A stretch of 63,467 nucleotides of DNA, counting the filler, from Reticulomyxa filosa (Eukaryota; Protista; Foraminifera), in NCBI GenBank assembly GCA_000512085.1. It is 18 parts of 18 records of this genome, joined end to end, with 100 filler letters (N's around TTAATTAATTAA, not from the genome) between each part and the next. Parts side by side here need not be neighbours in the genome. Positions count along the whole stretch, not along the records: positions 26,386 to 29,025 come from ASPP01024997.1; positions 29,126 to 39,397 come from ASPP01001199.1; positions 39,498 to 45,638 come from ASPP01014318.1; 15 more parts are not named here. One strand, given 5' to 3'. Made by a program: the position numbers and the translations under genes. Below, piece after piece: positions 26,823-39,591 of the stretch. Under the pieces are notes generated by a model. That model saw nothing but the letters and a program-made list of their open reading frames with translations. It was not told the DNA's origin and searched no databases. The number at the start of each line of letters is the position of its first letter. The first letter of the stretch is position 1.

Positions 26823-27217
26823 AAAAAATAATTTTTGAAAACATTTTTTTGATGGTTGTAATGAAAGTTGATTTTTTTTTTTACGTATAGGCACGAGACA
26901 ACTGGAACTTTGTGTTGTGTGGAATTTTGTTTTTAATTTTTAAATTTTTTTTTTTCAAATCACAATTTCTTTTTGTAAATGTTGTAGCAGATCGACTTTC
27001 ATCTTATAATTTTTTTTCAAGCAAAACTTTACTATTCTGTTTTTGCAGAAACTTAAAATAAAATGATTCTAATATAAGAAATGAATGAATATTGTTGCAA
27101 AAATATTCTTAAATTCTTGAAATGACAACGTGTAGTTTGTGTAATGACCGCTAGTTTGAAGTTGCACCTTCGGTAAGAGGGTGGGGAAAATACCAAGTAA
27201 GAATTTTTGACACTTAG

Positions 27218-28900
27218 ATGACGACATCATCACCCTTTGAAATAAAAATATCCAACTATCTTTCGATTTACTTTGATGACAACATAGTATTGTATGAGTG
27301 TGTGCTAACCAGTCCGCAGAGTCTAATAAAGCATTACTTGCGTTATTCCGATTTCCTGCGAGTGCACCAAAGCGCGCAAAAGCAATGGACAGCAAGTTCG
27401 AGCGGGTTGAACTTTCCAGCGTTTCCTCCGAAGAAGCGGTTTACATTGAACAAGAAGATTCCCGAGTTCCTTCAGCAGCGCGTGTCATCACTAAATCAAT
27501 GGCTGTCGGAGATGCAGCGTTATATGAGCGAAGAATCGAAAAAGCGAGCACCACTGCGTCGACAAGTGGTGGATGAGTTATTCGGAAAAACGATTGCATT
27601 GGAGCTGATCAAAAATGGGGACTTTGAAAGTGTGAGTTATTTCGAACTCCGCGGAGATGAGTTGCTATCGATCGAGGACGACGTGAATGGGACAATGATG
27701 CATTATGGGGTTGCTTCGCACTCGCTCGAAGCGATGGAATGGCTACTCAAACAAATCACACAAAACGCAGATTCGAAACCGGACCCAACAAACACTGTCG
27801 ACTATCTGATGAAACAAAGGAAAGATGATTTCGATTTGGACCGCATTGTCCCTAGCTAAATGTTTGCAAAAGAAAATTCCTGGAAATTTCTGTCATGATC
27901 TGGAAGCGTTGATCAACAACTTTCAAACCGTTTCGACGTCGCCAGCAGAAGCAAAGACCCCTTTGAGGAAAATGTGTCAGTCACCGAAACGACCAGTAAC
28001 GCGGACAATACAAATGCAAATGTAACTGGTCGTAAAGAGATGGCAGAAGAAAAAAAGGATGTCGCCGAGTCCATCACGACTGATAACAATAACAACAACA
28101 AAGAAACGTGGCCGCTGTGTCCAATCCAATATTCAATGAATTTCAATCGAAATACTGCTCCGCAACCCAGAACTAATACAAGTTAGCGATTATCAATCCA
28201 TTTGCTGGAAGAGATACTTTTCTTTTTTTTTTTTTTTTTGCACATTCTTGGCACTTTTTTTTTTGTTTTGTTTTGAAAAGGTCGTAGTTTAATGAGGTAC
28301 TGGGAAAGCATTGAAAAAATATTGAAAATGTTTGAGGCGTTTGGCGTCGAAACGATGGTGACCAAGTCCGCGGAAGATGCGTATACCTACCTGATGAGCA
28401 GCGAGATGAAGCAGATATTGGAGGAGTACTTTATGATTGCGCTGAGCGAAATAATGAACGGTATTTACGACTGCAAAGAAAGTGAAAGAGACTTGCTGCT
28501 GAATGAACTGCTGTTCTGCGTGTTTCCGGGAGGGAGTTCCAATGATTTGGCGTTGGACTGTTTCGCAGCAAAGAACAATCTGCTTATCTGCATCCAAAAG
28601 ATGCTACGCTTTCAAGCGAGTTCTTTGGATATCTTGGAGTTTGAGCAGACAATAATAATAGCAATAAAATAGCAATAACAATAACATTGACAAGGATCAG
28701 AAGAAGAAAGCAAAGAGCCGAACCAAAAGTATTCTACAATTATTAAAAAAAAGAATTAGGCTTTTTGACGTTACAATGGGAATTGATTGCGAAAGAAGCG
28801 CTTTGACTTGCAAGCGGTGATTGAAATTGCTCAGGCTAACAACTATGAAAAATTTCCAAAACCAATTGGACAAATATTGAAAAAGCATCCAATATGGGAA
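27218..28900 (+). CDS. PX domain + ankyrin repeat + DAGK/sphingosine-kinase-like catalytic region; frameshifted, possibly pseudogene
   Basis: PX motifs LRYSDFLRVH, FPAFPPKK, FLQQRVSSLNQWL. Ankyrin-like DVNGTMMHYGVASHSLEAMEWLL. DAGKc-like ETMVTKSAEDA and VFPGGSSNDLA, but the GGDG motif is not visible and frames break at ~27855 and ~27950. Confidence 0.65.
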
Positions 28901-29329
28901 TTAGAAATGGAATTAACAAAAGATCATTGGAAGAAAGAGATATGGATATGAAATATCACCATAGATAAATTCAATGTTATAGTTATTGTCACTTTACTTT
29001 CAAATTCTGCTAATTTGTCAGTCTGNNNNNNNNNNNNNNNNNNNNNNNNNNNNNNNNNNNNNNNNNNNNTTAATTAATTAANNNNNNNNNNNNNNNNNNN
29101 NNNNNNNNNNNNNNNNNNNNNNNNNTTTTTTTTTTTTAATGTTTTTAGTATTTTGTTGATTTTCATTTTGGCATTGGCTTAACTAGAGCTTACAAAGTTT
29201 AGTGTCAGTTTTTCAAATATTTTTTCAAATTTTTCACAAATTTATTGTTTGTTGTTAATTTTTTCGCCTTTATATAATTTTCCACCGAATGCTATCAATT
29301 GTGTTTAGGTCTGTTGAATTAGGATGAAA

Positions 29330-29560
29330 ATTTATCAGTTCTATTATTTTCTTTAAACCAATCCATTATTTTTTTAGTTTTGTGACATGATGACCTGCCA
29401 GATCCAGATTTTCTTTTTACAGTTCCATTACGCTTATATGACGACAGCTAAAATCGAAGCTATACTTATATTAAATTTATTTGCTACATATTGAATGCTA
29501 GCTCCACCAACCAGCATACCAACAGCAACTCTTTTCTTAAAAGCAACCAAATGTTTCAAT
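29330..29560 (-). mobile_element. Tc1/mariner transposase N-terminal HTH remnant
   Basis: The reverse strand reads KKRVAVGMLVGGASIQYVANKFNISIAS, then after a frameshift KRNGTVKRKSGSGRS: a paired-like HTH followed by a GRPR-like linker. Confidence 0.6.
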
Positions 29561-32023
29561 ATTTTAAATATCAAAATTTTGAAATGTCAATTAAAAATAT
29601 CAACAATAAAGAAAATTATCCACAAAAAAAAATTTAATATTTAAAAACTACAATATTTTTAAAAAAAAAATTATGTTTAAATATTTATTTTTCATGGAGA
29701 AAATCGATTCTGTTCATATAGTGCAATTTAGGTATGTCAGTTTTTTTTGCAATTTACTGTATTATACTTAATGTATTGCAAGATTATCTACATTATCGTT
29801 ATATTAGTTAAAATACTGTAAACATTATGTTAAATTATCAGATATTGCTAAACAAGTAACTTTGTTCTTATTAATACTTTGAATGAAACAAATTCAATAA
29901 TACTACTTGTTAATTAAATTAAATCATTCAATATGCACAAGTACATTGTCTTGTTTTATAGTCAAAATGATATAGTATCAGTTATTTGAAGTTTTTGCAA
30001 ATCGGTGATAAAATTGACAATATTGGTTTGATGATTTTTTCAATTTGTTATCTTGTGATTTGCAGCTTGATAATTTTGTCAGCTAATATAGAAGCTTTGA
30101 TATGGACTTATTTCAGTTTGTGAACAACATCATCCAAAATTATTAGAATAACTTAAAATTACACTAACTTATAGCATTTCTCCACTAATAATCTTACACA
30201 AGTGCAAGTACCTTTGTATGAATTTATCACAATGAGACCCAATGTGTGCACTCAACCATGTGCTGAAGAAAACGCTAATACTGTCAGTATAATGCATGAA
30301 TTCGTAAGTATGTTTTAAATAATCATTTACATACACCACTAATTCATTGAATATGCTCGCTCCATCTAAATTGATTTTGATTTCACTTTTATACTTGTTG
30401 TTATACGTGTTTACGCATTTGTGCACATTTTGCAAATAAGACATTTGCATTACTGCCATTCAGATCTGCTTGAGTGTTTTCCAAACATATCAGCTTTATC
30501 CTTGTAAAGTGATCATCCTTTAAATGTATTTGACAAATACATTTTTCTGTTTCTTCGATACTAAATGTTTCATCCATTTTGTTATCTCATACTTTCGACT
30601 GCGAATATTTCCCACTAACTCTATGGCGTTTTGCTCGTAAAATAGATATGATTTTCGTCTAATATCATTTGAGCCATTGCGACAATATATTTGATTGTGA
30701 TACAACTTATCAGATTTTCCATTACTATTGTTGGTGCAAATATTGTATTTTTTCATGTAAACGTCTTTTCTAAAAATAAATATGACATTTGCTCTTGCAA
30801 TGAATTTATTATTAAATCTTCTCCATACAAATCATCTCTCACTTTTGATTTAACATAGACTGACGCAATGTGTTTGTGGACAGGGTCACTGTTTGAACTA
30901 AGATCTGTTTCTTCTCGAACATCGTTGTTTATAAGTAATGTGTATTGAAATTGTGTGAGGTTTAAGCCAAGTAGTGCGCATATTAATTTCGAATTTGTGT
31001 ATTAAGAAAAAAGAAAAAGTAAAAAATGTTGTTTTATTTTCGAACAAAAAACTTTATCCAACCGTTTTGAAAACTTTCATTTTTTTTCATTATTAAATTG
31101 TCAACTTTATTTTTTCTTATAAAATATATCTGAATCATAAACTGCATGCACGAGATGACTTACATTCTTAACGAACACGTAAATTTAATTTTTTATTATT
31201 GTAAGTTGTAGTAAATAAATATTCGTTTTAGAATATCATTCGTACAAACAAAAGAAACACCATGGTCAACAGAGAAAATGGATTAACTTCGGAAATACAT
31301 CAAATGTATGAATTTGACGTCACATTATCATAATGTGTGCAGAACATTAGCGAAATTTCAATGAACTTTAGGATATTTTTCAGTAGGTATTCTATCTTTT
31401 TTGGTGAACATAGAGTGGCATATAATTGTTCATGTACAGATATAGTATTAAAAATAATATTGTGTTGTCTCAAAATACTTCAACAACAATGTGTGATGTT
31501 TTCTTTTATTATATCTACCAGAAGTATCCATTATGATAGTGAAAGAGTGGAATCGAGCAACTGACAAAAGACAAACTTTTTTGTGAGTGTTAAGAAAGTA
31601 ATTTATTCCATGCAAAGTGTTGATGTCTATTTAATACTGTTGGTATTAACGTCAATAAGTTTGGGATATTTTAAAGGACGTATCACCTTGATAAACTTAC
31701 TTTGCCACTTTTAGGGAGACGGATACAAGACGAAAAATCTATGAATATTTTTAACTGGAATAGTCCTCTATCAACTGCTTATCTTTATTTGTTTTGTTTT
31801 TTTATAAGAAAAAGTTCATTTAAATTCGATTGCGCAAAAATTTTACTGCGAAAAGTGTATATACGATCCGCCCAGATTTTTTTAAATAGTGAGTAATTTT
31901 TTTTAACATTTCCCAAAAAGCGAAAATATTTTGTTCTGATTTCTTTTGTAATAAAAAGGTAATTGACTTGTATTTGAATAATTAATACTTGAAAAAAGAG
32001 AAAGATTACACAGCAAAAATAAT

Positions 32024-33684
32024 TCAGCCGAAAACAACAAAAAACAGCCACAACAACAACAAAGTGACTATAAGCGAAACCAACCAAGGGTATCCAACAT
32101 CGCTTTGACCAATTCCACCAAGCGAAACTGCTAATTTTTTGACAACTTGGATTATTTGGTGATGTGGGATATCCTTTTTATTCATCTGAAGCAATTCTTT
32201 TTGTCTTTGCTTTTCTTGTTTTGCTTTCATTTCTTTGTGCTCTTGCCATTTTCTCATGACAATTATAATTGTCTCGCAAACGTATTTATTTAAGGAAATG
32301 TTGTGGGCATCAAAATCAAACTCCTTTTTGGAATTTTTATCAAGACGATCAAACAATGCGGTGACATTGGAATGATCGAATTTCCAACGACCGTTCATAA
32401 AGTATGTATAATTATTGTTCAACCAAAGCATTTTTTCGCGCGCCTTTCGCAAAAAGGCTATTTTGCGGCACAATTTGGGTTGATCCTGGGCATTTGGAAA
32501 CAGCATCATGAGCAGTTGTTCAAGGGGACGACCAAGCATCAAAGGCAGGTCCAAAATAACCCATTCAACACACGAAAAAAGGAATTTGTTCGGAATAAAA
32601 TGTACGTACCCCGGCGCAGTTTCCGCAAAATTTTCTGCGCGGAACCGTGGTGCAATATAAGCAAATAAATTGTCCCAGCCCCATTCGTCGGCCTCTTTGC
32701 CAGCAATTCCCAACTGGTAAATGCAATAATCGCTTTTTTTGGCAACGATGACGACGAGACAAGTTCTGCACAGGCACCCAAAATACCATTCACCGTAAAA
32801 TCGACAGGAACCAAATCCGGTCTACCTCTTCCATCACCATTAAAATATCGCAGATGTCCCGTGGCAGCGCCAATTCCGACAAACACAAACCCGCCGTTTC
32901 CTAAAAACCAACCAGGTTGCTCTCGGTAACAGGGAGACACAATGCCCAAACGAGTGATAGACAATGGCATCTTTGCTTGGCGGCAGTGATGAATCACCAC
33001 TTTTTCCGCTATATTTTTCGTCAACGTATACGTGTTTGGCCACGACATTTTGTCACCAGGAAACAACAATTGGTTCACTCTTTTTGTATCAAATTTCCCA
33101 TTCAGCTTCCTCCATTCGTCAAACACGGCAACCCCGTCCAAATTTTTCTCGTACAGATCTTCCTTAACAACACTGTCTCTGTCCATCCGCGAGTTTACGT
33201 ATAACGTACTAACATGGAGAAATCCCGCGGCTTTGCATTGCTTTGCCAGCTCGACACAAAGATACGAGCCCAACACGTTGATTTCCATTGCAACGTTCAG
33301 TGGTCTATCAAATTGTATATCTGCCGCGCAGTGAACAAATATCAACCGGTTTTCTTTGTCTGTAAGCATTTGCATGCTTTCTTTTCCAATTCCAAAATTA
33401 TTGGGACTGGTTATATCACCTTCCACTGCAATCAGCGTTTTCCCAATCATTGTGTCTATCTCTTTTCTCAGGCTATCAAACAGAATATTGTTCAATACTT
33501 CATCACGCAACCGGTATTCCACATTTTTGTGATTTTTCGAGTTCCGCAGCAACACAAAAATCTTTCTGGCATTTTGCTTCGACTTTTGTATTAATAACAA
33601 TTTGTATAACAAAAAAGTACCGATAAATCCAGAAGCTCCTGTGAGGAAGAAGTCGTGAGAGCCCAATAAATCGTTCACGTTCAT
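32024..33684 (-). CDS. FAR: Fatty acyl-CoA reductase (NAD_binding_4 + Sterile domain, C-terminal TM); one frameshift near 32735
   Basis: FLTGASGFIG Rossmann motif, VHCAADIQFD, HVSTLYV, WPNTYTLTKNIAE (YxxxK), DLVPVDFTVN. The C-terminal frame has YFMNGRWKFD and FDFD plus a hydrophobic tail. The frame changes at an A7 run. Confidence 0.9.
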
Positions 33685-34859
33685 TACTATCACAGTCGTG
33701 CACCTAGAAAAAACTGCGTGAAGAAAAAAGAAAAAAAAAAAGCCTACCCTCCCCACCCCCCCTACCCCTTTTGGTAGAACACTCATAGAAGTGTTAGAAC
33801 TCAATCTATTACTTAACGCGTCAAAAATTTATTTTTTTTGATTTTTAAAAATGTATTAAATTAAAATTTCTTAAAGTTTAGCTTTTCTGGCCAAAACGTT
33901 TGACAAGTGATCGCTTGGATTGACTTAAAGAGGCTTTTTATTAATACATTCGATAAGAAATTAAACAAAATTTACTAGAGGCTAAGTGCAAATACGAAGG
34001 AACTAGTCTTTTATTGCAATGCACTTCGCTGTGGATCAACTTGCAACATTTCACTTCAAAAAATATTTAAAATATTCAGATGAGACTAATATGCATTTAA
34101 TCAAAATCCACTTATATTTTTCAACAATATAAAAAGGATAGGTTTTCAAAATCAGCAATGCAGTATAGCTCAAGAATGATGCCGTATTACTATAACACTG
34201 TAAAATTCAGATATCAGTTACTTGCTCAACACTAAATCAACTAAGAAGTTTTGCTTTTTAGTGATTACAAAGATTCAAACGTGGAATCCAAAAATATTTT
34301 AACTAGATATTTCGTTATCACTACTCTACTGTGATTTCCAGTTACATGAAGTGATGTTTAAAAGAAACTGAAGAAAAATAAACTATCACCATGTTATCTT
34401 AAAAAATTGTCTTGCAGTGAGAGTGTAATATGAATACTGTTGAGATATTATTAAAAACTTACTCAATAGAAATTATTCAAAAAAGCTTTTGAATTAATGT
34501 CAGAACAATTATTCTATCTGATTGCTATTTGGTGGTAGGCATCGAACAGCATAAGTTGGACAAAAAATAGTACATGTAATGCATCGTCAGGATAAAAAGC
34601 AACTCAAAACATGAGAATGATTTGATTGAGGACCAAAGTTAGAATTTAATTCACATCTTTTCCCCGTCCCCTTTTCTTCAAAACAACAAAATGCACAAAG
34701 TTTTTGTCAGCAGTAATTTGTTTCAGAGTTCCAATGAAGGATCCTCATAATTTTTTTTTTCCCTTGATAGCAAACCAAAGCAAAAAAAAAAAAAACCAGG
34801 GAAACACAAAAAAAAAAAAGGGAGGAAAAGAACGCCAAGTTCTTTTTTCAAAGCAAAGA

Positions 34860-36291
34860 TTAGAATTTCAACATTTCACTGACCATGTCTCTTTCCGACT
34901 CTAATTCTTTAATGCTTTGTTCAATGTAATATTGCTGAAAGGCGGTGAAAGCGCCCGAAGGATTGACAATTTGCCACGAACCATTGTTGCACAACACAGG
35001 AAAAGAGGAAACTAAGCCACTTGGAACTCCATATTCTCCTTGTGACAACACGGCCATGGAGGTCCAATCACATTGTGGCGAGCCTAAAACCCAGTCTCTG
35101 GTGTGGGCCAAAGCCGCATTAGCAGCGCTTGCAGCACTGGAAGAGCCACGCACACTAATGATTTGAGCACCCCTTTGTTGCACTTTGGGAATAAACTCAT
35201 TTTGCCAAAATCTTTCGGCGCGGAAATAACCAATCAATTCTCTCCATGGCACTCCGTGAATTCGTACGGATTGCAAATCAGGAAACATTGTTGCGCTGTG
35301 ATTGCCCCAAATAGCAAAATGGTTGACTTCATTCACAGGTAACATTACTTTAGGGCAAGCATTGCAACTCCTCTATCATGGTCCAATCGTGTCATTGCTG
35401 TGAAATTCCTCCATGGAAGATCAGGGCAATTGTTGGCCAAAATCAAACAATTCGTGTTGCATGGGTTTCCAACAACTGTTACTCGACAATATTTCGCCGC
35501 CTTTTCATTCATTATTCGCCCCAATTTCTGAAAAATTCTGCCATTGTCTTTCAACAAATCCGCTCTTTCTTGTCCAGGTCCACGAGGTTTCGAACCCACC
35601 AATAGTGCTATTTCACACCCTTCAAAGGCCTTATTTGCATCGTCTGTTATTGTTATTGATGACAAGTTTGGAAACGCGCAGTCATCTAATTCCATTTCCT
35701 TTATGTTTTTTTTTCATTTTAATAATAATAATAAAATACAACGTAACATACATTTTTCAATATGTGTGCATTTATAAACAAATTAATGAAAGTGCGAAGA
35801 ATTTCTTTTTTTTTTCCCCACTCCCTCTCTTATCTTTCCTTACTTCTCCTCCCCCCTTCCCCTCCTTTCTTCTCTTCTACGGGTTGAGTTCATAGGTCCC
35901 TTTTTTTTTTCCATTGTCCCTCACCCTTTTCTTCCCTTTTGCGTGTTTTTTCTGGGTGCATATTTTTATTTTTTTATGACCATACCACTCCTTTCAAAAA
36001 ATTCATTGCTTGTGGAAGCTCCAGACATGACAATGAAATTGGCTGGTCGGGTCCTAACAATTCCCCATTCGCCAATCGATACAATAGAGCATATCCAATT
36101 GCTCCTGCTGCTCCGGTCACTGTCACGCGCACTGGTTGCTTTGAACGGATTTTCTGCAAAAGTGGGTCTTGGTCAATATCCACTTCAGGTTGAGATCTCC
36201 AATTAAATACGCGCTGTATGAGTCCTGACTGAGCGCGAACATTTCTTAAGGACAAAGGTCTGGATAATGAGTGAAGTATGCCAGTCTTCAT
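34860..36291 (-). CDS. MDH: Malate dehydrogenase (cytosolic/type 2 family) with N-terminal extension; one intron (~35700-35985) and a 1-nt frameshift at ~35348
   Basis: [75 protein letters not shown]. Confidence 0.95.
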
Positions 36292-36795
36292 TTTGTACAC
36301 TAACACTGCTCCTTTTTTGATTCTAACAGCAAGCGCGACTGGAACCCCGCAAAAGTGCAGAAATGAAAAGATTATACAGGATGTATTTTAAAGGTTTCAC
36401 ATAGCCCAGAGATTTTAATGCAAAATACGAGCTATAGTAACGCTTAAATTTTTCAATTATCTTTCACTATTAAAACGAATGAAATCGCAGCAAGGACTAT
36501 TGATACCTTACAGATGATCGAGAACAAATTCAAAGAAAAAAAAGAAATATTCATATTTAATAACCCATAAAGATGTAAACTAACAGAAATTCAAGTGACA
36601 CGTCATATTCAAACAAAAAAATAAAACAACAGCATAATCATTCCCACACACCAACATTTACCAATAGCAATTGGTTTTCTGTTGGTGAGCCGCACCAAAC
36701 TTTAAGATGCCAGTAAGCAATCTCAAGGCGAAGAGGGAGAAGAAATAGGTAAAAAAAAGGGGGAAAAAAGAAGAGAATTTTTTTTAATTTTACTA

Positions 36796-37854
36796 TTAAT
36801 TGTCCAACGACTCGTTTTCAATAGTTGCGGTGGTCATTTTCTTTTGGAACAACCAAATGTATTGATTTGTCTTGTTTTTCATCTCCTCATAGCACTTGAC
36901 GCGGCATACTTTCAACAACTCCAAGTCATCCCATTGTGAAAACAACGTTGTGTAAAATAAGTGTTTGCGATAGAATGTCGGGTTCACTTTGCAAAAGCAA
37001 CAACAAAAAACCCCCACAAAAAAAAAAAAAACGTATACTGCGGAGGAAAAAAAAAAAATCCAGTTTACGTACCAGTTCGAGGCTTATCCCCGCTAGGTCC
37101 ACCTTGGCAAGATTCACGGAAAAAGATATAACCGCCTGGTTTTGTCCAGTCAAACATCTTTTGTGCCAATATTTCAGTTTCTTTGTCGTTCAAATACATC
37201 ATCAACCAGTTGCTAAAGACAAAATAAAACTGTTGGTTTTCCAGGGATAACTCAGTCACATCTTTGCAAATATATTGTACGTTTTTGTAAATTTGTCCCA
37301 CTGTTTCCTCGTTCTTGTCGATACATACTTGCATAAAGTCGACAGCAACCACTTTCGAAGCGTTCATTGCTAGCGATTTTGTAAAACGGCCAATCCACAA
37401 CCCAATTCTAACACCTTTCAAAACAGACATTTTAACAATTTCTTTTTTTTTTTCCGCTTCTTTCAAATGAGGGGACACATCTTGCCCACCTTTTTAAAAT
37501 GTGACTACAAAAAAAAAACAAACAAATATTAGACCCCGTGCACGCAACTTCTTTATTTGTATATTTGGGCAACATCGAAACGATTTCCTTTCGCTCTTCA
37601 TGGTCTATTTCACTTGCGTCGTTCATCAACATCATTGTATCATTGGTTGGGTTGTCTATTCAAAAACCGAAATCATTTTTATAAGTAGATAAGCCGATCA
37701 GAACAAAAAAAAGAATATTCTCACCTGCGCAATGCATGACCCAGTAGTCCCTCATTTTTCTGCGGGTACCATCTTCTTCATTTTCGGATTTCAAAAACGA
37801 TGGAAAACATAATTCCTTGCTTTCAATTTCAGTTTCGTTTACAAAGTGAGACAT
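36796..37854 (-). CDS. PMT: Phosphoethanolamine N-methyltransferase-like, single SAM-MTase domain, multi-exon
   Basis: MMLMNDASEIDHEERKEIVSMLP, VLELGCG/IGRFT (1-nt slip), FSNWLMMYL, GGYIFFRESC..SGD, NPTFYR and NQYIWLFQK are characteristic of the PEAMT N-terminal domain. Confidence 0.88.
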
Positions 37855-38728
37855 TTTGGAGATTGTTAAGAGTTTGTGGGAATTACGTATTTGTTATTTA
37901 AAAGATTTTTTTGTATAAAAGGCTTCCTTACGTGCTTAACAACACTATCCGTCAAGGTCTTATGACGCGTCTTATTAAAAATCAAGGCTAAATACATCTG
38001 AATGACATGACTAATTGGTAGTGAGTCAAAAAATTGTATATTTTTCTTGCCATGGTTACACAAATTTATGAAACATATTTTCTTGGGTTTCTTTGACTTT
38101 TATTTTATTCATTATCTAATTATTTTGTTTTTTGTTAAATTTATCAAAGGATATCGTTACACTTAGTGACCGCCACACTACTTAAACAATTATTACAATA
38201 AGCCTGCATTTGAATCACAGAATTAAGAAAATGTCGCTTTAGAATCAAACATTGTTTTTCATTTGCAATAAAAATTGTTAATTAACACAAATCAATAACT
38301 TTAATTTTTGTTTAAGTATTACCAAAAAAAATACTGAAATAAGCAAAGCTGACAAAATAACCTTTAATAGTACGCGTAACGTTTGTCTAGCCCTCCTAAT
38401 AATTGTCTAAAAAAAAAACATGCAACCAGGTGCATCTTTGTTGGCACAGCAAAAGCGGACAACATTATCAGGATTGCAACGCCCTAAAGCTACACTTTCG
38501 AATACTATAATCAATAAAGAGTTTGAAGGCTATCCAAAGTAATGACTCAATTCTTTTGTTCTTGAAATCTTAATATTCTGAAAATTCATATTATGAAAAA
38601 GAGGATAAGGGAAAAAAAGGAATTATATATGTATATATTATATGCATACATAGAAACATGCAACAACTATTTGATAATCAAAACAAAACGGAACAAGTCT
38701 CCACATATATAATAGTCAAACGAAGGAA

Positions 38729-39115
38729 TTGGGAGGCCAAGCAAAGTCAGTAGCGAAACAATTGAAACAATATGCGTTGACTTCAACTGAAAATGACGAA
38801 AACAGCGATCATAACAATGTGCAAATGCAGCCCGGTACAAGTCGTATCGGCACAAAGCATGTCTTTGATGTCCGATCGACACATAGCACCGAGGCTTTCA
38901 ATCACAGCGGCGACGATCACAACAATAACAATAACAACAACAGCAACGATAATAGCAACAAAAATGATGCATCAGCAAACTTGAAGTCGACCCTCTGTTT
39001 TCAGGACAATTTGACATTTCATGACAAGCCGATCGCTGTTTCTCAAGACCACAGCCATAATTTTGCCTCAACTCACATTGATAACGATGGATTTACCATG
39101 TATCGACCTCTTTAA
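38729..39115 (+). CDS. Hypothetical protein exon, N-rich
   Basis: 128-codon open frame flanked by (TA)n intron-like sequence. No domain recognised. Confidence 0.4.
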   Translation: MGGQAKSVAKQLKQYALTSTENDENSDHNNVQMQPGTSRIGTKHVFDVRSTHSTEAFNHSGDDHNNNNNNNSNDNSNKNDASANLKSTLCFQDNLTFHDKPIAVSQDHSHNFASTHIDNDGFTMYRPL

Positions 39116-39591
39116 TTGTTTTTTTCGTTTTTGAAGAGAAACGTGTTTTTCAAAAAAACTTCAAATTTCACCCCCTTTGTTCAAATTTAAAAAAACAAAC
39201 AAAAATTGAATATCAATTCAAACTCTAACATTTGAAACAATTTTTTTTTTAAAAAAAATTATATTTGTATATATGTATATACATATATACATATATACAT
39301 ATACATTTTTTTTAAATAAATTTCCTCCCTCCCCCCCCTTCCGTCTTCACTTGACCTCCTCCTCTTTGTCTCTCTCTCTCTGGTCTTGTTTTTGCTTNNN
39401 NNNNNNNNNNNNNNNNNNNNNNNNNNNNNNNNNNNNNNNNNTTAATTAATTAANNNNNNNNNNNNNNNNNNNNNNNNNNNNNNNNNNNNNNNNNNNNTAA
39501 GATATGTTTTAGGCGTTCAGTTTTCTTTGCAATCTACTGTAGAAAATAAAACTAATATTGTAGAAGAAAAAACAGAAACAAAAACAAAACA

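Larger units (their letters stand above)
26471..26920 (+). ncRNA. Putative non-protein-coding snoRNA host gene with short exons (26471-26535, 26702-26730, 26891-)
   Basis: Poly-T...AG acceptors end at 26470, 26701 and 26890. GTTAAG donors are at 26536 and 26731. Each ~160-nt intron carries one C/D snoRNA. The exons have no evident coding capacity. Confidence 0.65.

Noticed and set aside
32700-37410. Programmed frameshifting or RNA editing in FAR (~32735), MDH (~35348) and PMT (~37395)
   Set aside because: Each is a 1-nt slip at a short homopolymer in an otherwise intact gene, and a similar slip occurs in the bacterial contig (~46462). This fits sequencing indel error.
32024-37854. FAR-MDH-PMT as a co-oriented metabolic gene cluster
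   Set aside because: The pathways are unrelated and the intergenic spacers are ordinary. Three co-oriented genes are expected by chance.
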